Of a DNA stretch of 64,000 bases, positions 36,813 through 49,800 are shown piece after piece; the stretch's first letter is position 1, and each line of letters begins with the position of its first letter. The notes under the pieces are model-generated. The model ran no database searches, had not been told where the DNA came from, and saw only the letters and a list, made by a program, of their open reading frames with translations. The position numbers were made by a program, and so were the translations under genes. The DNA comes from Dipteris shenzhenensis (lineage: Eukaryota). Where the stretch lies: NCBI GenBank assembly GCA_047967505.1, contig CM106538.1; one strand, written 5' to 3'.

Positions 36813-39179
36813 CATCATAAGTACTTTGGGTTTAACAATTTTCTAACTTGATATGGAAGGGAAATCAATTGGGAGGCAATGGATGAGGAGGAGGAGAAGA
36901 AGAGGAGGTCACAAAGCTTAGGGGTCAATTCCTCCCAACTTTTTTTTAAGATTAAATTCCCAAACTTCGTACAAGGTACAGGTAGGGTAGCGAGATTTCT
37001 AGTTCTTTAACCCCCTTTCTAAAATTTTCTATGTTTTCTTTCTAGTTCTTTCCTAGAATTTCTATGATTTTTATCCTTTTAAAACCCTTTTCTAACCTAT
37101 TTGTGTAAAGAACTCAAAGAAAAAAGCAAACGAGAAGATTCCCATGTGCCTTGATTATATCATGTCGTATCTTGAAGGCACCTTTGTGGCCAAGTGGTTA
37201 GACTAATAGCATTGCACTAATGGATTTTTACTTTAAAATTGAGGGTGTCATTATAATGTGGGCCATTGCAACGTGCTAGAAGCCATGGCTCCTCAATGAA
37301 CATACAAACTTTGAGGTTTTCAAAATCCTTTTGGATAGATTGTGCAAAGAAACGTAGGGGTTGCTAGGTTTGATGATTCATTAATCACTCAAACTCAATC
37401 AACTAATCAAAAGGTTATCTCTTAAGGATAATGAGAAACAAAGTGATGAGAACTTCTCTCCTTGAGTCCATGCCAAGTAGCTTCATCAACCAAGATGCTA
37501 TGGGTCTCTAGAGTGTATTCATTGGGAGTCAAGGAGCATCTATGGTATATCAAGAAAAAGGATTTCTTATACTTCTACAATGAATAGAATAAACAAGTGA
37601 AAGAAATGAATGACTTTTGTCATTCATAAGGCCTGCCCAAAATGTAAAACAAAGGAGGTAGTGAATGGAGAGAGAGAGACGGAATGACAATAAAAACGAG
37701 GGGCCCTGAGTCTTGAATGGTCACTGCCAAACTCGTCTCAAACCCATTAGTGCACTTAACTCCCACTTGATGGCAACCAATCAAAGCATCACACCTATTT
37801 TAGAAGCAAATTAATCCTAAAAATTCCAAATTTTTACTTTACAAAATGAGAACGATTGCTAAGGCTACCAATAACCCTCCTTGTTACTTCAAGAAAAAAC
37901 AAGTTTACCAATAGTTTGTTTGAAGATGAAGGGTGTTATGTTCAGAAACACATGTTCATGGGGCCAAAGGTTAAACTTCTTTTGCAAATAGAATCTTAGG
38001 GGACATGGCAAGTTTGAAGCATCATCTGAACCATTGTGTGATACTTGCACCCTTGCATAGTTCAAGTTTTGGTAGTTGCACTAATGTGTGAGTTTATCCT
38101 CTTGATGTTTTATTGTCAAAATTCCATCCCATATAGACACCATTGTCACAAGGGATAGGGTACACTTGCATAAATTATTTATGTTATACAGTTTTAAACC
38201 ATGTGATAAGTCTTTAGAATCTTGAACTTCTTCTTACAAGGGCCAGTAATATCATGATGGCAAGCTAATAATATTTGTGACCAAAATATTTTTCCCATTT
38301 TTAAAGTGATTAGTTTTCATATATCACCCTTTAGATATGTATTCTCAAATTATGATTTGTTACTATATTTCCAAAACTAGAACGCATATGAAAAATCATG
38401 TCTTATTTCTACATGTACAGCCTCTTTCTTTATGTCTTCGCATGTATGCCCTCTTTCTTTATTTCTTTACACTAAGCGATGTAGTCCCCATACTTGCTTT
38501 TAGGAATTTATCAATGTTTTCTTTAATAACTTGAATTGCTTGGAATTTGTTGTAGTCCCCACTATTATTTCTAGCAATTATGGATGTTTCCTTTTATACA
38601 TTGAATAAATTAGTATTAGGTACAACACAAAGCTAGCTAGCATAAAAAATGAATGCCCAAACTATGTAAAAGTTCAAATGTATATCCACCTTTAAACCCC
38701 TAAAACACTATTGGGGATGAAGTGAGAATTAGTGACTAGAAATGAGAACTAAATCTAATATTCCTTCATATTGTTTCAAATTGTCATTTTTAGATCATTT
38801 TTCAAAACATGGCTTCTTATCATAAGTCCCAAAAAAAGCATTGAAAAAATGAAAGTTTGTTATTTTATCAAATTCTCAAAAATATATAAAAATCAATACC
38901 TTCTCTATTGAACCATGGTATGCACATGGGAAAAAGTTAAGATTATCGATTTTTTGAACACCATTATATCAAAATGAAAGAAGCAAATACCCATTGTTTA
39001 GAATACATCTTGTTCAATTACAAATACAAACCAAAGGAAGAGGCCCTTCCCATGCTATCATAATATGATGAAGGATGGTGATTGTGAGATTGGCACTTTT
39101 TTAGACATTTGAATATGTTAGAAATAATTTTGAGAAAAGATGGCATTTATACATAAGACATATCACAAGATGCATTTGC

Positions 39180-39780
39180 CAAAAAGAATCCTCCTTAAAT
39201 CCTTAAGTACCCTAAAAGAATGTGGGATTTGTTCTTTTTTTGGTCCATGCCATCAATATCAATCCCCAAGTATTTGTATGGATTCATACTTCTTCCTATG
39301 CTTTGTAAGCTTTGCTCACTCCAAAGCTTATTCTTCTCTATGGACCTTTAAAGCTTCATTTACTTGATCTGAAAGCAAATTTTGGCATTGAGAAGAAGCA
39401 CTTACTTAACACAAGACAAATGAGCAACAGATGAAATATTGAACATCTAGAAGTACCTCTTTCATTCTTTGATTTTGCATTTTGCCTCTTGCTCTTCGAG
39501 TTCTCACATATGGCACAGATCCCCATTCCAACCTTCCTTGGGATGGTCATGTTGTTGAAGTAATTCTTCCAAGCCTTATGAAATGGAATAGGTAGTGTGT
39601 TGCTCATTGTTGTTTAACATCTCATCTTTGTAGATTGATAATACCTCAAACTCTGTATAGTTGTTTACCAAGCAAACTTTCCATGGGATTGACATTACCT
39701 TTGCATGTGCCCTAAAATAACTTTCATCCATGACATGACAAAACCTCCACAAGGATCAATCAACTTTTCATAGCACTATT
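39180..39780 (-). mobile_element. Degenerate transposase-like gene remnant (CxxC plus IDGMDQ motif)
   Basis: FHKAWKNYFNNMTIPRKVGMGICAICE at 39607-39500 and YKYLGIDIDGMDQKK at about 39278-39235, in broken frames. Confidence 0.5.
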
Positions 39781-40315
39781 GCTCCATAGACCATCCTTCA
39801 AATACCTTGTATGAAGATGTTGCAATCTATTGAGGGTATGCTTGAATGCTCCCCTACAAACAATGCACACAACTTAATGCACAAAAGAGGTGAAGGAGCA
39901 AGTGAAAGGACTTAAAGGTTGCATTGTATGAAGAGACCTTAAGAAGAACTAATCCTAAAACCTAATTTTAGAAGCTTTAAGATCCAAAATTTTAAATTAA
40001 TAATGCAATGCAAATCTAGAGATTATATAATAGAGATCCCATAAACACATTCCTTATTCTTTGTGCTAGTACCCATACCAAGCTAGAAACAAACTTTTGG
40101 ACCAAATTTGAGGAGCCAATTTGACTATAGGCCTAAACAGCTTGAGAAGAAGACAATGACCCATAATATAATTTTTATCCAACACGAGAGATTCCATACA
40201 AAGTAAAAATATTCCTTTTTTTAAAATCATATAATCCAAAGATGTTCTTATTCATGTCTTTTTTCTAATCAATTGAAAGCAATTTACATACTATTAAACA
40301 AGTTACACACAAAAA

Positions 40316-40520
40316 TATGGCACAACTCGATAATGTTATCAAGTTGTGTTATAAGGTTTGACATAACTTGATAGCAGCATTGAGTTGTGCCATAACTTAT
40401 GATACAACTTGCTAACATCATCGATTTATGTCATGAGTTATGACACAATTCAATGCCATTATCAAATAATGTTGTAACTTATGACACAACTTGATAACAT
40501 CATCAAATTGTATCATGGGT
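40316..40520. repeat. Five 41-bp tandem units, each an imperfect palindrome
   Basis: Consensus ATGACACAACTTGAT-AACATC-ATCAAGTTGTGTCAT. Units start at about 40316, 40357, 40398, 40439 and 40480. Confidence 0.8.
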
Positions 40521-41963
40521 ATGAAAAATTTCTTGTTGAGACTACTTATGATGATGCATTCAATGCCTAGATTACCCATGATGCTAAGCAACTCCAAGCT
40601 AGTCTCCTACATCTTCTTTCATGGTGGTAGCTTATTGAATTATGTTGCATGTTTGCAAAAGCCTCAACCAGCAAGGACATCTAAAGGTATTACTATAAGT
40701 ATGCCCAAGTGATCCACCAGGCCCTCAATGTTCTCTACCATGTCTAGGAGAATTTAATCCCTTTGAATCAGCAAAGCTCAAGGCCAAAATGACCATCAAA
40801 GAGAATGAAAGGCTCAAGGCCACCTATGATCCATTCCAAGAGTACCAAAGCAATGGCAGTTGGAAATGGGGGTGCTTAACTTCCTGCAACAATAAACCTT
40901 CTAGGAAATTAAGAAGTAGAAACACAACATCAAGCCCCAAAAGCACCTAGTAGAAGCAGCAACAATGGATAGTGATTAGGTGGAAAAGGAGAATATAGAA
41001 TTGAAGACCTGAGTTGAGATCCTTCAAGCTTTGGACAACGTCCTTATGTCAAGATCCAAGTTGACTGAAGTCGAGGTATAAATCACAAGCAAAAAAACCA
41101 CCATCTTCAAGGATGGTCCTCTGCCATCCTGTGTGAAAATGAGGGGTAGAGGTGCTTATGGGTGCATGCATCTTTGCGTGACCACTCCTTTAGAAATTCT
41201 TCTTATTGGTGGAGGTCCCATCAAACCAGCTTCCAAAGGGGGAGTGGCATTTAATCCATAGCTAATGATTTGTGGCCTCTTCCCCTGCTCCTCCTCCTTC
41301 CGAAGATGGTATAGGGGCCACTTCAAGGTCAGTCATAAATGTCATCGTCATTGCTTGTGATTTGCGGCCTTGCCCCTATTGCTCCTCCTTTCGAAGATGG
41401 TTTGGGAGTCACTTCAAGGTTAATCATCTATGTCGTCATCAATGCTGCCCTCACCTCCACCACAAATTTCTCTAGCACAGCCTATACATAGATTTCCTAC
41501 CCTCACCTCCAACACACAGATATCCTAGCACAGTCTACCCGTTAAGTACATAGTCTCCACAAACGGTCTGCTGGTTTGCAGGCAGAGGGGTTCAAGCACG
41601 ATATGGGGACAGAGAGCAACACTTTCAAGCTATTCGATAGCACGCTACACAAGAGGGTGTGCACGCTGGCAATGGGGGGTATGGGGGCGGCCTCTTAGAA
41701 AGTCTTGTTTGCATTGCAACACTTTGATTGAGGTGGTAAGGATGGTGGTGATGTGTATACATACTACTGCATCATCATGCTCACTACATACGACTGCATC
41801 ATCACACTTAGTATACTACGACTACCACACCATCATGCTCGCTAAATACTAGTCCATCATCACACGTTGGTATACATACTACTGCATCATACTAAAGGAT
41901 CATGGAAGGCCAAAGATGCATTCAATGCACCATGGGTGGCTTTCTAGTCTCTAAACACCCTCA

Positions 41964-44525
41964 ATGTCTGTGGAAGGTGATTCACTACTCTCTTGCATGG
42001 TCTTCATCACGCACAGACCTTTCTTGTTGGGTTTCTTATTCCAAGCCAAGCTTTCGAATCCCATCTCTCTGACTCATCATCGCCAACGATTCATTGCGAC
42101 GATAGCAGCCAATAAATTGCTTTATGCCAGGAACCCACCTTTCACATCTCAGCCCCAGACATGTCTGCAGAGAGGAACTGCACTCAAAGGACTAGCTTTC
42201 TCATCTGAAAGCTCGCCTGGGCTTTTCCCATGGGAAGACGCGCTGAATGGGCTGCGTCGAACCGATATAGAGGTTGATTTTGCTGCATATGCTTCCCTAT
42301 TGCGACGGTGTAGGAATGCGAAGGCCTTGGCTATCGGCAAGCGAGTCCACGACCACATTGTTAGACGTAGCTTAGAGCAAAATACATTTTTGGGGAACCT
42401 TCTCTTGCACATGTACTGCGACTGCGGAGCTGTAGCTGACGCTCGTGGGGTGTTTGGCGATATACATAAACGGAATGTTTTCTCCTGGAATGTCATGCTG
42501 GCGGCGTTCATGCAGCAAGGGCAAAGCAAAGATACCCTTCTATTTTTCGAGCGAATGCAGCGTGAAGGGGTTTTTCCAGACAGGTTCACCTTTATCACTA
42601 TTGTTAGTGCATGTAGCAGTGGGACATCTCTAGCAGAAGGCAAGTTGGTCCATTGTCTCATATTCAGATACAACTTGGAGTCTGATGTCTTTGTGGGAAA
42701 TGCCCTCGTCAGCATGTATGGCAAGTGTAGCAGCACAGAGGATGCACGAAGGACATTTGACAAAATGCCTATTCGAGACCTTGTTTCGTGGAATGCCATG
42801 ATTGCCGCATATGCTGGACATGAGCAGGGCAATGAGGCCCTTAAACTCTTTGACCACATGCAGCAGGAAAGGGTTATGCCCGACAAGGTCACGTTTATTA
42901 GCGTTCTTTCTGCATGTGCTGGCCAAGCAGCTCTTGTAGAAGGAAAGCAGATTCACAATCTTATCCTGCGTGAAGGATTTGAATCAGACATAGTAGTTGT
43001 CAATGCGCTTCTAAACATGTATGGCAAATGTGGCAGTTTGGAAGGTGCACGGAGAACATTCGATAGCATGCCTGAGCAAAACACCATTTCCTGGACTGCC
43101 ATAATTAGAGTATACTCCCAGCATGGGGAGGCCCAGGAGGCCTTTAGACTTTTTAAGCAAATGCAGCAGGAAGCTGTTATTCCAAACAATGTAACCTTCA
43201 TCACCATTGTTGATGCATGTGCAAGCTTTTCGGCCCTCACTGCAGGCAAGCAGATCCATGCCCACATTGTGGGCAGTAGAAGTAAGTTAGTAGTTGTGGA
43301 GACTGCTCTTGTCAAAATGTATGGCAAGTGTGGTAGCATCGAGTATGCACGTGATATGTTCGACAGCATGTGCGAGAGGAACATGGTTTCATGGAGTATC
43401 ATGATGGCTGTGTATGCACAACATGAGCAAGCCAAGGAGGCATTGCTCCTGTTTGAGCAAATGCAGCAGCAAGGAGAGGTGGCAGACAAGGTCACCTTTG
43501 TCAGTATTCTGGATGCTTGTGCTAGTCAGGCGGCCCTGAGAGAAGGTGAGCAGATGCATATGCGCATTTTAGCCAGTGGTTTCAGCTCAGATGTGATTGT
43601 GGCAACTGCCCTTGCCAACATGTATTCAAAGTGTGGTCATTTGGAACATGCTTGGGGGATTTTTAACAATATGCCTGAGCGAAATGCTGTCACATGGAAT
43701 GCAATGATTGCAGGCTGCACCCAGCATGACGAGGGCAAGTTGGCCCTCCAATTTTTCGAGCAAATGCAGCAAGAAGCTTTGATGCCAGACAAGGTCACTT
43801 TTGTTAGCATCTTTTCTGCTTGTGCAAGTGAGACAGATCTAGCTGCAGGTAAGCGCATGCACAGCCTAATTATGAGCAGAGGATTCCAATCAGACATTGT
43901 TGTGTGGAATGCCATCATCAACATGTATGGTAAGTGTGGCAGCCTAGAGGATGCACGAAAGGTATTTGACACAATCCTGAAAAGAAATACTTCTTCTTGG
44001 AACGCCATGATTGCAGCATATGCTCAGAATGGTCATGGTGAAGAGTCTCTATGGTTTTGTCATCACATGGAACAGCAAGGAGTAAGGCCAGACAAAGCTA
44101 CCTTTGTGGTGATTCTTTCTGCATGTAGCCATTCAGGTCTCATTGATGAAGCTGTTCGCTGCTTTGCCTCAATGCACGGCTATGGCATCATACCTGTGGT
44201 TGAGCATTACAACTGTATGATTGATTTATTTGGAAAGGCTGGACGGTTGGATGAGGCAGAGGACTTACTCAAAAGGATGCCCTTCAAACCAACTGTTATC
44301 ACACTAATGACCTTGCTGGGTGCCTGCAGATTCCAAAACGATGTGAGACGAGGGGAGCATGTTGCCATGCGTATGTTTGAAATGTATCCACAAAATGCTG
44401 CACTCTATGTTTTGTTGTCAAGTATGTATGCTGCAGCTGACAGGTTCGAGGATGCTTTCAAGTTGTTGGCCCAAATGAGGAATTGGGATCTGATGAAGGA
44501 TGTGACCTCAGTTCTATTCGTGTGA
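41964..44525 (+). CDS. PLS-class pentatricopeptide repeat protein with E domain, likely an organellar RNA-editing factor
   Basis: 853-aa intronless ORF with repeated P-L-S triplets (VSWNAMIAAY..., PDKVTFISVLSAC..., NALLNMYGKCGSLE) and the E-region HYNCMIDLFGKAGRLDEAE...LLGACR...YVLLSSMYAAA. The N-terminus resembles a transit peptide. The start could instead be Met at 41997. Confidence 0.95.
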   Translation: MSVEGDSLLSCMVFITHRPFLLGFLFQAKLSNPISLTHHRQRFIATIAANKLLYARNPPFTSQPQTCLQRGTALKGLAFSSESSPGLFPWEDALNGLRRTDIEVDFAAYASLLRRCRNAKALAIGKRVHDHIVRRSLEQNTFLGNLLLHMYCDCGAVADARGVFGDIHKRNVFSWNVMLAAFMQQGQSKDTLLFFERMQREGVFPDRFTFITIVSACSSGTSLAEGKLVHCLIFRYNLESDVFVGNALVSMYGKCSSTEDARRTFDKMPIRDLVSWNAMIAAYAGHEQGNEALKLFDHMQQERVMPDKVTFISVLSACAGQAALVEGKQIHNLILREGFESDIVVVNALLNMYGKCGSLEGARRTFDSMPEQNTISWTAIIRVYSQHGEAQEAFRLFKQMQQEAVIPNNVTFITIVDACASFSALTAGKQIHAHIVGSRSKLVVVETALVKMYGKCGSIEYARDMFDSMCERNMVSWSIMMAVYAQHEQAKEALLLFEQMQQQGEVADKVTFVSILDACASQAALREGEQMHMRILASGFSSDVIVATALANMYSKCGHLEHAWGIFNNMPERNAVTWNAMIAGCTQHDEGKLALQFFEQMQQEALMPDKVTFVSIFSACASETDLAAGKRMHSLIMSRGFQSDIVVWNAIINMYGKCGSLEDARKVFDTILKRNTSSWNAMIAAYAQNGHGEESLWFCHHMEQQGVRPDKATFVVILSACSHSGLIDEAVRCFASMHGYGIIPVVEHYNCMIDLFGKAGRLDEAEDLLKRMPFKPTVITLMTLLGACRFQNDVRRGEHVAMRMFEMYPQNAALYVLLSSMYAAADRFEDAFKLLAQMRNWDLMKDVTSVLFV

Positions 44526-46564
44526 GGGCTATGTGCATCAACTTGTTGTAAGGCTTCAACCTATTGAAGGGGAGCCCTGTTTGAAGAAGCAGCAGGCAGT
44601 TGGACTGCGTAGCACCAGTAGAAATTACAGACTAGAAGCTGAAAGCGAGCGATTTTGTTGAAGCATGGTGCTGTCAACACTTCGTTAGCATACTCCTGCC
44701 ATAGCCCACGGCATAGCTTGCTAGATCTGAGTCAAAGCAATTTGACTGAAACTTGAATTCAAACTAAGAGATAATTCGAAGATAGAAAATTACTTCACAT
44801 GAACTGTATATATTTTTCTCGTAACATAAGGTCGGGGCGCCCTTATACCTTGGAGAACCTTGGAATCATGAAATTTCACTTCCATCACATTTTTGTACAG
44901 AAAAAACTCCCATTTCGAAATCTTTCAAAGAAATTCAAAATCAATGGAATAAGTTAAATTCCTGCAGGAGCTCATTGCAACTTGGAGGGTGTGCTCAAAC
45001 CAGATTGAATGAACTCTTATCAATCAGAACTGCATGAGCTTGCCTTCCTTCCTACTTGGGAGGCTACAATAAATTACATGTTTGTGTAATCCCTGACTAA
45101 AGCTCAGCAGCCCATCTTGAAGAGGTGTCCTGCATCCAAACTTGAAGAGGAAAGACAGCATGAGCGATTGAGAAGATGAGATGATGGCTATATATACAAA
45201 GGAAAAGCTGGATGATCTGAGATGTACAGCACACAGTTGCTTGATAATGCAATTGCTTGACATGAGCTCATCTAGGTGGTATTTTTGAATAATGTGTCTT
45301 TGCCTTTGACGTTAAGAACTCCCGTCTTATATAACCTGGTCCAGCTCTGAAGGTCATTAAGAATGTGCTACTTCTTCACTAAAATAAGGTGAACTAAGTG
45401 GTGGGCTAGTGTTCCATGGTTTGACACAAAACATCAACACGTATCTGGTCTCCATTGGCTTTTTGTAGAAGGCATGCTTGCTTAAGATAATTGGGCGGTA
45501 GTCACCCAAACAAAAGCAAAATGGGTTGAATATAAACTAGCATTCAACTAATGGTATTGGTGGCTAAAGAGAAAACAAAAGAAAGATGATGGGAAAACAA
45601 AATGGGATATGATCAAAGATTTCAAGGAATCTAGGATCAGTGGGGTGGCTATGGGTTTGGGAGGGGAGGGACCAATGAAATTAGCTCTCAATTGGTAGTA
45701 GGTTTCACCGGTTTTTGGCCCATTTCAAACTATCATTGCACTAGATTTTTGTCCATCAATGGGTAGGAAGAGGAGGTGCCATGTTACTTTCCAAAAAGTT
45801 TTGACTAGGCCATCTACTACTATTATTAATTTGACCCATTGATGTAGACTAGGTAATCACTTTTTAATGGTGAGGATCAAATCTCTTGTGACCCTAGCCA
45901 TGTGACTATGGCAACTCCACCAACTTTCTTAAAGGAGAAGTTGGCAATTAGATAACTCTTACCTCCACTCTAAGTGGATGTGCAAAACGTGTCAGCACAA
46001 TGAAACTATACAAAATTAACCATACGTCAAACCAAGCCATGATTTAGATCATTCCGACTAAGATGAAGATTGATTGTCCATAGAGGATCCAATGATGCTA
46101 ATTGAAGATCCCACATGAAAATAATCAAGTGAGTATAAAATATCTTTGGGAAATTAAGTGTGAAGTTTACTGGTTGGCTCCAGCTTGCTCTTCTAAATGG
46201 CCCAACAATGCCCTTAGGTTGATGCTCCACTATTCAAGACAACCAAAAGTCCCACTCAATTTTTGGATATATGAAATGCACCACAAAGCCAACACTAGTA
46301 TCATCTACATGTATTGGAGTTTTCCATTCAAGAAACTCCACTATGATCTACAAATTAAATAGCTTATCTCACAAATTGATGTTTGTGTGTACTAAAATCT
46401 CAAGACATGCAAGATGGAAATTCTTGTAAGTCATATTTATAGTTTCTCCAAAACTCTCCATGTTTATAGGTTTTTCTTCTGAAGTAGCTTGTTCAATGCT
46501 TCACATTTTTTAATGCATAGTTGTTGTACTCTATGGATGTTAATAGAGTATTTTTGCAGCAAGA

Positions 46565-46860
46565 AATGATGCCAGAGTTTCCTTTTTGAAGCGAGAGCTT
46601 TCCCATATGCATACGAATGAGGGAGATTCCATGAATTCTCACCTCACAAAGCTTCAGGACTTGAGGGAACAATTGCTAAATATTGATGAAGTCATTCCGA
46701 ATTTAGAGATGATTACCACCACTTTGAATTCTCTTCCCAAGTCCTATCTCGGATTTCACACCTCACTAAACTTGTCATTGAGGGGGGGCAGCAATCCTCT
46801 CTCCTTACACGAGTTGGTAGGACTTTAGTTGCAGGAGGAGCAGAGACGAAGAAATTTGGC
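46565..46860 (+). mobile_element. Ty1/copia gag (UBN2-like) remnant
   Basis: LKRELSHMHTNEGDSMNSHLTKLQDLREQLLNIDEVI...LNSLPKSY...L*LQEEQRR is a typical copia gag pattern. Confidence 0.75.
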
Positions 46861-49800
46861 AAGCTGGGTTGGCATATGTGGAAACTAGAATTTGTTCTTG
46901 TCCACGAGTTCCATGTCCTTTTGAGATTGATCACATAATATGCCTCCTTGAGCTTCACATCTATTGATTTACATTGAAGTACCATGAATGACTCTTGTGT
47001 GTATTACAAGGAAACACCAATTGAAGCTAAAACCTTAAAGTTGGCATAAGTAACTATGTAGGCTTGTCATAAGGGAACAAGACATCTAGCTTCAATCGTG
47101 GCACAACTCCTCTAGCCCTAGTGCCTCCATCTCCCTTCTCCTAGACTATTGCTCTACAAATGGATACCCAAGCAACTCCATCATAGTAGATTTTGGCAGA
47201 CTTTGTCTGTCCATTTGACCAAAAAATAGTGCACCCTCTTCTAGATGAAGTGCACTTGAAATAGCTCTAATAAAGGTTTCATCTTTCCCTCCTTGGCAAT
47301 TTCTTGCTATACAATAAGAGCTCAAAGTTGGGGCCAAAAACTTCCAGGATTGGTGTTTCTCAGCTCCAAACTCAAGTTTTTTGGCTCCATTTTTGCACTT
47401 TGAATTGTCTCTTTTCCACACCTTATCTGTTCGAAGTCCCCTTGCATCTGCCAGTCCACTAGCCTAGCCTCTTCCATACCTTAGCTATTCGACATCCCCC
47501 TACATCTGCCAATCCACTAGACCCACCTCTTCTCTCCTAACCTCTCCTTCTACCTTACCTCAAACTCTCCCTCAGCTCCTCCCCCTCTCTCTTAGCCCTC
47601 CTATCTCTTCTATCTCCCTTAGCCTTCTCTTACCCCTTAGCATCTCCCCTCTCTTCCCTCAAAGCCTCCCTCTTAGCTCTCCTATCTCTCCTATCACCCT
47701 TTAGACCCTCATCCTCTCAATTTCTCTTCCCCTTCCCTTCTCTTGGGATTTCGTGCACTACCCTTCTCCACTCTTTGCAAACGATGTTAGATGGAGCTTT
47801 CATCATTTGAATTGGCCTTCCACCCTTGATAGCTAAATAACAATGCATTCAATGAATCCTCATCCACTTCCATTAGCTGCGAGAACATGTCTTTTCTCCT
47901 CTCTTACTCAAGAGAGTGTACCTTTGGCACTGCCATGTCATCTGGCACCACTACACATCCTATATCTACTGCCTCATGTTGCATTCTAGTTAGAGTGAGA
48001 GTGGCTCCTCCACCTCTTTTAGATCAGGAGGTGCCCTCATCCACCCTAGACGTGGTCCTATCTGACCTTCTCACATTTGTAATCTGACCAAGAATGGTGA
48101 TGCCCCTCAGACCTCTTAGGTTGTGGACAGTGTGACACTATTTCCAACCTTGGATAGGACCACTACAATTAGGGATTTGGACATCCCTTTTCTTATAGCA
48201 ACTAGTGAGGCTGCAAACTCTTCTTGAGGTACAATTTGTAGAGAAATCTCATGCATGCTCATGGAAGCTACTTATGTGTTTGTGTAAATGTCTTAGTCAT
48301 TGGGTGACGATGATCAACATACAACACATGTGGATTCAAGAAGATCAAGCAACCTTGCATAGTTATCTACATTAATCAATCATCACTTTATGGATGTACT
48401 GAGTTGTGTCAAGTTAGTGCACATGTCTTTGATAATATATGAAACCTTGTGTTAAGCTTGTAACTGATAAAAGCTTCTCCCTTTTTTTCTCAATTGATGG
48501 TTGTGCAATACTCTACCCATTTTGTATTGATAGGGAGTGTTGAGAGTCGTACATTAAGGTGACTAGAGGCGTTACATGTACATCCAAGTGATTGGTGGAT
48601 GGGTAGGATTTGGACTAGGTGATGGACTTAGTTCCCTACATAATGAGTGGTCACCTCCCTTGTATCCAGCCTTCCCTTTGATAAAGGTGATAGCTAGTCC
48701 CATTTGATTGGCTCCATCTTGTGTGGTCCTCCATCTCTCTCCTCCCTCGTGAGCTTTTTATTGCCTTGAGTAGTCTATTGCATTTGTTAAAAAAAGTTGT
48801 AACTGTTCACTCATTGCAGTAGCACCATTTATAATGTGAAAGTCATGTTGGAAAACCTCCCAATAATCTCACCCCAATCATGCAACCCATCATGCACCAT
48901 GACCTCATCACAAATCCCAATCTTTATTTTAGGCACTGCAAAACTGTCTACATTGCAAATGATATCGAGGACACCTAATTGAGCATGTTCTTTGGGTCTC
49001 ACATATTTCGTGGATGATATGAGACGATTATAGAGGATCATAGAGGAGTTCTTATGATTTCATGAATGCATCAAATCAAGCAAGCGGTCTTAGATAAGGG
49101 TGTCTTGAAAGATTAGCATCACCAACCTCTTGCTAAGAAAGACTATGTCGTGCATAGAGAGCTTCCATGCTGGAGCACCTAGAGTTTAGTAGGAAGGGGA
49201 TGCTCAAGCACATACAGAGTATGATAACTCATTGTAAATTAGAGATTTGAGATGCGATGAGAGGAGCAGCTTGCAAGCTGCATCTCTGGCCCCTCACCAA
49301 GGATGAGGTGAGGAGACACCTTGAAAAGTGGAAGCAACAGCAAGAGGAGGCATGAGTTCAATGATAAAAGGAAGGACCCTCTCACCTTAGGAGTGATGGC
49401 AAGGGTTGCTTCACATCCTATTTGGTAGGTATCTTTACGAGTTACTATCTTGTTTGAAATGCATTTGGTTTGATCTTCTTTTTCCTTAAATGACATGTAA
49501 TCCTCTTTTTTCATGGACAACTCTTGTTGATGTAGACTCATGTGGTTGGCTATTTGCCGACCAAAGATGAATACGAGTATGCTCATAAGCATAATACTCA
49601 GGCTCTCTTTGATAAGGTTGATCTAGAGGGAGTATATCTCAATCGGTCCATAGCAATAGAGGTAAGCCTTGGGACATTTTTACTTAATAAACATTTTCAT
49701 TCATGATGCATGTAGCCTATCACATCTCGTAGCTCTAGAGAGGGAGAGGGCAAGGGAACAAGTAGAGCTCGAGGCTAGTATGAGGACCCGAGCAAGATGA

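Noticed and set aside
40316-40520. CRISPR-like appearance of the palindromic repeats
   Set aside because: There are no unique spacers, no cas genes, and the context is eukaryotic.
42149-44008. Long antisense ORFs over the PPR gene
   Set aside because: They are shadow frames of the repetitive PPR coding sequence.
47000-49100. Possible decayed gag or other TE coding remnants; similar cases at 1-4100, 17640-18700 and 52000-53400
   Set aside because: No diagnostic motif could be recognised confidently by eye.
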